DNA of 64,000 nucleotides from Octopus sinensis (Eukaryota): NCBI RefSeq assembly GCF_006345805.1, contig NC_043002.1, positions 73,346,001 to 73,410,000 of the forward strand, read 5' to 3'. Shown piece by piece: positions 54,284 to 64,000 of this stretch (position 1 is its first letter; each line of letters starts with the position of its first letter). The notes under the pieces were generated by a model. It saw only the letters and a program-made list of their open reading frames with translations, ran no database searches and was not told where the DNA came from. The position numbers and the translations under genes were made by a program.

Positions 54284-54370
<87 letters not shown>
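54208..54370. repeat. (GTT)n(CTT)n(ATT)n microsatellite
   Basis: Directly visible. Confidence 0.95.
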
Positions 54371-54719
54371 TAATTTTAATCTGCATGTTTGTTACAATCA
54401 CTCGCCGAGACACACCCAGTGTCCTAGGGCGAGTGAAGGATAAGAGATGTTACAGTATGACTGAAAGCTTGGGGAGGGCAAGTGGCAGGGCCAGTAGTGA
54501 AATATCATCATGTAATACAACACATACATTTAAACTGATATGGTTTTTTTAAGTATGTGTGTAGTACTTGTCAGCACAATCTTTGTTTCTGACATCCCTT
54601 TCTTATCATACCAAGGGCACCCACAATAACAGGAATAGTTCTCGCTTTAAGATGCCACAGCTTTTGTTTACATTATTGTTGTCGTTGTATTCTGCTTTCA
54701 ATTTTGTTTCCATTTCTTG

Positions 54720-55550
54720 CCGAGTGTCTTCTCAACACCTAGGACAAAAATCTCACTGTATACTTTGGTAGGCCATCAAAATAAACACACCAGACAGATT
54801 GTTCATTTACTAAGTCATGTGATATGAAAAAAGGGAAGAAAGACAGAGGAAAAAAGGGAATAAAGAGAAAAAGAAAAAATGAAAACAAAAAATAAAGAGG
54901 AAAAGGAAAGAAAATTCACAGCGACAATGTTTTTCTCAATACGCGTGACGTACCAGTTTAGACAATTTTTTGAACTTCCTGCATGGACGGTAAGCTAGGG
55001 ATCTTCCGCAAATAATTTTCAGTTCCCTTTTTGATCATTCCAAGTACTCCTACGATCACTGGTACTGTAACCGTCTTGAGACACCACATCTTTTCGATTT
55101 CAATCAGCAAATCTTAATATTTTCTGAGTTTTGCTGATATATTATGATCACATGATATGCTCATGTCAATCAATAAACAGACTTTATTTTTTTGGGTCTT
55201 TCACAATATCTTGTTTATTAGCTTTGATGGTCCAGGCTGTGTGTACTGGAAAGTCCCGAAGAATCGCTACATTTTCTCCCTCAGTTATAGCCTCAGGATG
55301 GTGCTTGTACCATTTGTCAGCAGTTTTGATTTTATAATGCTGACCCATTATCAAATGTAGATACTGGCCAACTCCGTCATTTGTAAATTTATACTTTACT
55401 AGAGCTAAAACTTTACACCCAGAGATTAGGTGGTCCACTGATTCAATCTCATTGTTGCTGTATCGGCACTTTGGGTCCAATTTTCATCACGTTCGCTTGG
55501 TAACTCCAGGCCAATAAGATCTGATCTTGAACAGCTGAGATAAAGTTTTT
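54720..55550 (-). mobile_element. R4/Dong-like LINE 3' end
   Basis: KCR...ESVDHLISGC; GMIKKGTENY...QEVQKIV; 3' UTR similar to 540-600. Confidence 0.75.
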
Positions 55551-56958
55551 ACACACACACACGTAAATATACATATACGTATATCAACATGTCTGTATTT
55601 TCTCCAATACTGCTCAATTTTCCAGTTTATGGTTTATGGTTTCATATGGATGCAATCTCATCGTTTCTGGTTTAACATGGATGTAATACAATACTTTTTA
55701 GCTTATCTCTAGTACACTGCATTATTTGTTAAGCAACAGCAGTTGTATCAGGATTCTAACTAGATTTCATTCAGTGACCAGACTTTTATGTTAGACATCT
55801 AAAACGTTCCGTACACCACGTTCGATTCGGACTTCATCTCTCCCTTTTCCGTTCCTTCTTTTTTTTTAACAGATTAATATTTAATTTATAAATGTCTTTA
55901 TTTTACGAGCCGGTAAAAACAAATTTGATCTAAGTAGGATTTTGACTGAAGAAATTGTAAACTATGATGGTAACATATTATTGGTGACTTATGAAGAATC
56001 GTATTGTCGGTGAATATTAGTTTATATTTCATTTTCGAATTTAGTTTGGAAGATTCTTCATGTGAACTCCTGTGTCGAAACGTAATTTGTATCTTAGGAG
56101 GGTCATTATACCAATAATATACATACGCACTGATTGTATTTCCCTTCTTTTATTATTAACCATTTAACCAGTAAGCTAATCGATTGTTTGATCTTAATTG
56201 ATTTTGTATAATCATGTTTGTTATAACCTTCTTATTATTATCTTAAAACTTTAAAAGAAATAAATTCGTTTATTCTCTTTATTCACATTTAAGTGATAGT
56301 TTCTTGTTTGTTTGTTTCTTTGTTCTTAAATGTTTGTCAACAGACATTTTTTGAATGCACATTTTATTCGTCAATGCTATTATACAAGAATTATACAAGT
56401 AAAAAGAGGTGAAGAAACATATGTTCTTAACAATAATTGATTTACTTGTCAATGGTGAAAACTGTAAAAATCCCGTATCAGCTGGACAGAAAATACTGGT
56501 TGGACATTAACAGAAAGAATACACTTATATTGTGTTGCAACAGCGTAAACAGCCGCCTGTAGAGAAATGGGATTCCATGAACTATAGGAGTGAAATATGT
56601 AGTATGAAAAAAAATGAAAAAAAAAAAAGAAATATACGTTTGGAAGAAAGCCTCGCACAAAAGAATATGAATAAAAGCTATGACACAAAAAAAGAAAAAA
56701 GATTAACAAAAGCACCATACATATACGAAATGTGTATATGTATTGTATGTCTTTCTGTGTGTATTTACGTAGAGCATGTGTGCGTAAATGTGGTGTGTGT
56801 GTGTGTGTGTCCGTGTGTGTGTGTGAATGTTAAATCTGAATGAATGCGTGTGTATGTGTGTGTGTGTGGATGTATAACTAGCACATGACTGGCATACGGA
56901 CATTTGACTCTTTATAGTCCAGAACTATCCATACACATATACACACAAACACATTCAT

Positions 56959-57001
<43 letters not shown>

Positions 57002-58237
57002 ACACACACACACATATGTATATCCTGTATATGCATTTTTTGTACAGTGTGTGTATATATATATATATATGTTTACAAGTATACATACGTACGTACATTC
57101 ATACATACATACGCACACATACATACATGCATACATAGATACATACACATATACATACATACAAATGCATGTATATCTGTTTGTCTTGAAACAACGTTGC
57201 TATTTATTGACCAATCATTACCACCAAATTGCGTAGGGAGATCGCGACGCAGCAACAGAATAATAATTGAACAAATAAGCAAAAAAAACCCAACTCTGAT
57301 CCGAGGTCCCCTAGGAGTAAAACAGGGATGAGTCTTTAAAAGAGATATAGAAAGATTGAAAGTTGTAATGATGTCGTAGCTGAGGAGAGGTGTTCGTGTG
57401 AAATACAGAAACGTTATCAGTTCTTCACACCAGACTTTCTTTTACCATCAGTTCTTCCATCACTTGCTCTCTCACTCAAATTAACGCACCTTCTCACTTA
57501 TCTCACATAATACATGCATATATACATATATGCATGCACTCTGCCCCCACATACAAAAACACATATACACACACACATACGCACACACACACACATATAT
57601 ATATATATACATACATATATGTACATACCTACATCTATATGTATATATACATGCATATATGGGTACAGGACATATATGATCATGTGTCTGTGACGAGATA
57701 GTCGAGGAGGAGAAGGAGGAGAGAGGGAACAGTGAATGGGAGAGGGGAAGAATAGGGAAGAGTGTGAGAGAAAACCAGAAAGGATGAAGGGCAAGAGAGG
57801 GAGAGAGATAGACAAAAGAGAAATAGTGAAGTTGAAGAGTGCGCATCATAATTATTAAGATAAAACTTACTTGGAAAAGAATGCGTGGCGTTCGATCATA
57901 TAATGATATAAATAATATATAAGTATATGCATATACACATACATATATGTACATACCTACATCTATATATATATATATATATATACATGCATATATGGGT
58001 ACAGGACATCAAAACAACGTTGAACACAATGAGAAACTAAAACATAAAAACAAAAACATGGAAACGAAAATTTTTTTCAAACAACGAAAAAACAGAGTAC
58101 AAGACATACAACATAAGGAATATTCCCATTCTTCAGTTGTCCCTGTTTCGTCTACTCGGCGTTTTCGAAGGTAAGGACAAGATGCGACGTCGTTGAAACA
58201 GTCCTTCCCGCAAAGCAAATTAAATAAAATTTGGGAT

Positions 58238-58275
<38 letters not shown>

Positions 58276-59809
58276 TTTAAAATAGGATAAAATCTTTATA
58301 AGAATGTATCAAGTAGTCAGCGAGAAAAACCTCATAAGGGAAAAAATTATTAATCATTCCCTTTATATATATTTATTTATATTAAAGGCATTACTATACA
58401 TAAATGTCTCACGCTATGAGGGACTCTTAAAGTCAATATATATATACTTTTAAACACACACACATATATAAAGAGAGAGCATATTTGAACCGCTGTCTAT
58501 ATTGAAATTCCTCCACAAAAAACCTCAATTTCAAAAAGTTGGTACTCTGTTTTAAGCACCATGGAATAACCAAAATAATTTATATAAGCTTTGTTTTACA
58601 TTTAAATCGGGTTATATTTCTGTATTTCTTAAATATTCAGGTTTAATGTTCTCTAGCTCGGACCGTTACATTTGTTCATAATTGTTTAATGTACTTCAAG
58701 CTTTATATAAATTTACATTCCAGATTCACAGAGAATTAATAACGGAATTTAAAAAATTAAAATGTGAATAAATGAAAAAAAAAAAATAAATAAGCATAAA
58801 TTATTTTCTAGACTAAGTTTTTTAAATTTTTATTTTCTTTAAATAAAGAATTTTAATGACGAGTGTTGTAATATATTCCATCAATAAGGCGGCGTGCTGG
58901 CAAAAACGTTAGCACGCCGGCCGAAATACGCAGCCGTATTTCGTCTGCCGTAATGTTCTGAGTTCAAATTCCGCGGTGGTCGATTTTGCCTTTCATCCTT
59001 CCGGGGTCGATGAATTAAGTACCAGTTATGCACTGGGGTCGATATAATCGACTTAATCCGTTTGTCTGTCCTTGTTTGTCCTCTTTGTCTTCAGCCCCTT
59101 GTGGGTGGTAAAGAAATAGGTATTTCAACTGTCTTTATGTTCTGAGTTCAAATTCCGCCGAGGTCGATAAATTAAGTACTAGTTGCATACAGGGATCGAT
59201 CTAATCGACTGGACCCCTCCCCTAAAATTTTGGGCTGTGTGCCTAGAGTAGAAAAGAATATATACCATCAATATATTTCCTGTAAAAAGGCTGCGAGCTG
59301 ACAGAATCGTTAGCACGCCGTGAGAAATGCTTTGCAGCATTTTGTCCGTCTTAACGTTCTAAGTTCATATTCCATCAAGGGTGACTTTGCCTTTCATCAC
59401 CTTTCGGATCCGATGAAATAGTTACTAGTTGAATAATGAAGTCGACTTACCCCACCCCGAAATCACTGGCTTTGTGCCATAATTTGAAATCAATATATTT
59501 CATGTGAAATAAAATTCATGTGAAATAAAATTCACAAAAATCACAACACTCTCCCTGAACGCACGTCAGTCCTTCGCAGGGTAACTCATTTACAGCTAAT
59601 TGGACTGGTGCAATGTGAGATGAAGTGTTTTGATGAAGTACAAAACGCACCGCCCAGTTCGAGAATCGAAACCACGATCTTCTGTGCAACACTCTAACCA
59701 TTAGGTTACGCGCTTTCACTATATCCTGATATCTTTACTGATATTGACAGAACATTTTGATAACAATATAAATGTATTTAAACAATAGAAATAAAGAAAG
59801 GCTAATTTA

Positions 59810-59971
59810 AGAGTGGTTCTGTGGTAAGTAGCTTGCTTACCAACCACATGGTTCCGGGTTCAGTCCCACTGCATGGCACCATGGGCAAATGTCTTCTACT
59901 ACAGCCTCGGACCGACCAAAGCCTTGTGAGTGGATTTGGTAGACGGAAACTGAAAGAAGCCCGTCATATAT

Positions 59972-60025
<54 letters not shown>

Positions 60026-60221
60026 TTGTCCCCCAACATCGCTTGACAACCGAAGCTGGTGTGTTTACGTCCCCGTAACTTAGCGGTTCGGCAAAAAGAG
60101 ACCGATAGAATAAGTACTGGGCTTACAAAGAATAAGTCCTGGGGTCGATTTGCTCGACTAAAGGCGGTGCTCCAGCATGACCGCAGTCAAATTACTGAAA
60201 CTAGTAAAAGAGTAAAAGAGT
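59810..60221 (+). mobile_element. SINE family A copy
   Basis: Same consensus as 2997-3568. Confidence 0.9.
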
Positions 60222-60486
60222 AAGTCTGATAACTTATTTAGATTTCACACAATCTTACACTGCATCTATTGTTAAACTTTATTCCCGGAACTCAAACAGC
60301 TATTTAGTATATGTTTGTGAAATATAACGCAAAGCTTACTAGAGAATTTGCCTCTGGAACAGTACTTCGAAGGCATCTGCAGCATCGCAATCTATAAACA
60401 AGATGTGAGGTGTCTTTGGTATCATTCTCTGTACTTGTTCAACATCAAATCCTCAACAACTTCGGCAAAACAGAGGACATACTGTA

Positions 60487-61061
60487 TCAAAGACAGGAAG
60501 TAAATAGACACCTTTAATTTTCAAAATCTTTTATTTGATTTTAATTGTTTGAAGGATAGGTTTTCTTCTAGCTGCTCGTCCATAATACCCAAGCCTATGC
60601 AGATATGTAACACACGTTCTTGGACGAACTTCTAGCTGTTTTGCAATGTCAGAAGCCTTCGAACGGAGTTCGTTTTCCACAATTCTCTTCAAACAGCGAA
60701 GCTTCCTTTCCGAGGGCCCAGGTCGGCCGGGATGAGAATCTGTTGATTCTTTTCCTTGGCTTTTGAATTGCACTATAATTCTATTAACAGTAGCAAGAGG
60801 AATTTGAAGATTTCCGGCAACTTTTCGCTGGCTAAGACCAGCCTCAGATTGCCCAACGATACGACCTCTTTGAAAATCTGACTGTTCTGCTGAATTTTTT
60901 GTGCGTGGCATGGTCACTCTTCGCAAATGTTTAATACAATGGCACTTGGAATGAAAAAGAACAATTACCTTGTAAATTCTACACTACTGAAAACATATTA
61001 AGATGCTTAGATCAGAAATTTTGAAAATTAAAGGTGTCTATTTACTTCCTGCATGTCTGTG
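60487..61061 (-). mobile_element. Tc1-like internally deleted element retaining the HTH region
   Basis: TIR CAGGAAGTAAATAGACACCTTTAATTTTCAAAA at both ends; ORF MPRTKN...FQRGRIVG...PGRP...AARRKP. Confidence 0.8.
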
Positions 61062-61599
61062 TATACTCTCTTTTACTCTCTTTTACTTGTTTCAGTCATT
61101 TGACTGCGGCCATGCTGGAGCACCGCCTTCATTCGAGCACCTCGACCCCGGGACTTATTCTTTGTAAGCCCAGTACTTATTCTATCGGTCTCTTTTGCCG
61201 AACCGCTAAGTGACGGGGACGCAAACACACCAGCATCGGTTGTCAAGCAATGCTAGGGGGACAGACACAGACACACAAACACACACACATACATACATAT
61301 ATATACATATATACGACAGGCCTCTTTCAGTTTCCGTCTACCAAATCCACTCACAAGGCATTGGTCGGCCCGGGGCTATAGCAGAAGACACTTGCCCAAG
61401 ATGCCACGCAGTGGGACTGAACCCGGAACCATGTGGTTGGTTAGCAAGCTACTTACCACACAATATTATACGTAAAGGTAAGATCCAAATATCAAAGTTT
61501 AGGAAGTTGATAAGCTTCGTGCAATCAGAAGGTATAAAAACAACGTTCAGAACAATAGGGGTTTGTTGACGTAGAAGGTTGTAAATTTGTCTCATAGCG

Positions 61600-63250
61600 A
61601 AGTTCGATAAGCTGAAAAAAATTGTTATAGCTTACGGTAAGCAGCTGGGCTTGATGTGTATGCAAATAAAAATCCCAAATTAAGGAATGGAGTAGATAAA
61701 ATCCAGGCTACATATGTTTCATAGCTAGCTGAATCTCAGAAGTAGTAAATACCCAAATGAGGGGTAATCCACTAGCTACTCGTCGGGCCAAAGAGACCTT
61801 AATCAAATGAATTTTACATTGTCGTCATGTTAACTCGCAGGAGATTCGATCGAAAATGTGTGGAAAGTACAGAGTTAAAGAAGATAAAGGAAAGCATATT
61901 TGTGAAGGAGTAATATACGGGAGTGGGTAAATGTTTAAACTTGTTAAGTAAAAATATAAGAATGCGAAAAAGAAAAGGAGAGGAGAATGAGTAGGGGAAA
62001 AAGTTTGGTATTATTGAAGCTGACTAAGGGAATGTCTAAGTGAATTTTGGCTGGGGTCGTTTACAGGGGCTACTGTAGAATAAATAAGTAAATATAGTGT
62101 GGTACCCTGTAAATACATTTAAACAGAGTCAAAGAAAAAGATGTAGGAGTGGTATCAAATTAAGAAATTGTTAGGAGAGGGAGGTGGAAGGTAATGGTTT
62201 TGGGCAAGGTGGGGACGTAATACTTAGGTAAGTTAGTGATTTATCACTTAATTTTTAAACTATATAAGCACATATTAGCGTGCATGCGCGTATTTTTTGT
62301 GCACCTGTAGTATCAAGTAGATGAGTATGCGCGCGTGAGCAGTGTATATTTTCATGTACTGAAGGAAGATTATGGGAAATGAAAAATATAAAGTTTATAA
62401 GATAAATAAATAAAATAAAAAATATTAAAAAATTAAAAGTAAAATAGTTCAAAAATTATAAAGGCAGTTAAAAAGTTGTTAGACATAAATACATAGAAGA
62501 GCTGCAAGTAGGGACAGAGAAATAGTTAGGGAATGACACGGGAGGTGAGTAGAGAGAATGGGGCGCTGTTATTTATACTTTGAGAATTTGTTGCATAATC
62601 TAACTTGGTTATTAAAAGTCAGATTATTTCGTTCGTTCAAACAATAGATCGCACTTGCTGTTATAGCCGTTATACTGTTTAGCATAGGTGACTATGGAAC
62701 ATTTAAAATTATATGGAATTGAGTTTTGTTTAAGGTTGTGAATTAGCTGAGAAAAAGATGTGCTGTTAGTTCTTACTTGGGGTTTGAAGCTAGAATAGTG
62801 GTTGCCTACTCTGGCTTTGAAGGTGATGCTGCACGAACCGATGTATACATAACTGGAAATCTCAGCTGATACGTTATTGGATGTACCAATTTTCATATGA
62901 AATATTCCTGAATATTGGTTCTTTAAATATTAATGACTTGTAAGGGACATGAAATTTCGTTATGCAACAATAATACACTTCAAAGTATATTAAGCATTTT
63001 TATAAGTCAATACCGTGTACTACTGTGTTAGCAGTGCTCTTAAATCACGTATTAAGGTCATCTCTACAAATTTTCCATAGAAATTATAGCCAGCACTGAT
63101 TTTGTTATGATGTTTCATATTCGAGTCAGGAAATGGCACAGACTTGGATTCGTAGAATAATCTTTTATAATGCATAATTCGTACATATATTCACCTGAGG
63201 AAAACGGTTTTTTTTTCGCATAATGTAATAACTCTATTCATCAATAAAAA
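61600..63250 (-). mobile_element. Penelope-like retroelement 3' remnant (GIY-YIG endonuclease)
   Basis: ORF 62624-62896 reads YIGSCSITFKARVGNHYSSF...NSTSFSQLIHNLK...KCDL. A CPLQ motif lies upstream and a hammerhead downstream. Confidence 0.75.
61706..61789 (-). ncRNA. Hammerhead motif of a Penelope-like element (U4C mutated)
   Basis: GGC CCGACGA GTAGCTAG [43-nt loop] CTAGCTAT GAA ACATATGT A GCC. Lies downstream of the GIY-YIG ORF on the same strand. Confidence 0.6.
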
Positions 63251-63327
63251 CAAGTCTGAAACAGCTGTAGTGAGTGAAACACTATCCATCTGTTGTTATT
63301 TGTTTACACACACGCACAACACGCACG

Positions 63328-63374
<47 letters not shown>

Positions 63375-63475
63375 GTTTATGAATTTATGTTTTAAGATTC
63401 CTGATGTGAAACAGTGTGTTGAAATAGCTATTGTTATATTTTGGGACGGTCATTATTTTTTGCCAAATAAACACC

Positions 63476-63517
63476 TCCGGAAATCTTTCGTCACACATCT
63501 GTGACCTCTTCAGCGAT
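63476..63517 (-). ncRNA. Inverted copy of the minimal hammerhead motif
   Basis: ATCG CTGAAGA G GTCAC agatgt GTGAC GAAAGATTTC CGGA. Confidence 0.55.
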
Positions 63518-63617
63518 CTTTTTCATCCACGTGTATCCTCCTGCTCCGCCTAGCCCCCGCCTAGCCCATTCTCAGCACGGACTAGGCGGAGAAGGAGGAT
63601 ACACACGGATGGAAAGT

Positions 63618-63660
63618 ATCGCTGAAGAGGTCACAGATGTGTGACGAAAGATTTCCAGAC
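63618..63660 (+). ncRNA. Minimal hammerhead motif
   Basis: ATCG CTGAAGA G GTCAC agatgt GTGAC GAAAGATTTC; weak stem I. Confidence 0.55.
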
Positions 63661-64000
63661 AATGGACATAAAATAAAATAAGAACAATAATAAACGATTG
63701 AAGAACGAATACACAGTGCGTGTGTTTATTTGGCAAAAAATTACCATCCCGTAATATAACAATATGTGTGTGTCTGTACATATATGTATGTATCTCTGTA
63801 TATGTTTGTGTCTGTGTGTATTCTAATTAATCTTGTAAAATCACAGCGCTACACCTGTTTAATATATACACGAATTCTCCGAGATCACGTAACATTCTGT
63901 CGAGATGCAATGCCCCAACTTTCTCTCACTCTTTTTTCGTATTTCTTGAGTAACGCTGCGATGGACTGGCGTCCCGTCCAGCTGCGGGGAGCACATACGC

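Larger units (their letters stand above)
63431..63762. repeat. Interrupted inverted repeat carrying two hammerheads (Penelope-like/retrozyme-like end)
   Basis: 63479-63553 pairs with 63582-63656; outer arms ~63431-63474 pair with ~63721-63762. Confidence 0.75.

Overview
AT-rich, repeat-dominated animal genomic DNA. The tRNA-derived SINE families and dense microsatellites look like an octopod cephalopod; this is recognition from memory, not a database result. Almost all ORFs in the supplied track are microsatellite or SINE artefacts. One real spliced gene can be assembled by hand on the + strand: exons 20358-20402, a 15-nt micro-exon 24598-24612, 24949-25154, 34102-34302, 35305-35526 and 37877-38068. 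All introns are GT-AG with consistent phases, giving about 285-293 aa with the 5' end unresolved. The protein is uncharacterised, but its C-terminal beta-rich half resembles Cyt/volvatoxin-type cytolysins (hypothesis). A diverged, broken tandem paralog follows at 47336-50051. The rest is transposon debris: SINEs, R4/Dong-like, CR1-like and RTE-like LINEs, Penelope-like elements, mariner/Tc1, hAT, Chapaev-like, Ginger-like and Helitron elements. About ten type-I hammerhead-ribozyme motifs are scattered through it. These include an inverted pair at 11.3-11.5 kb whose catalytic core carries a compensatory C3G/G8C swap (GUGAACA instead of CUGANGA).
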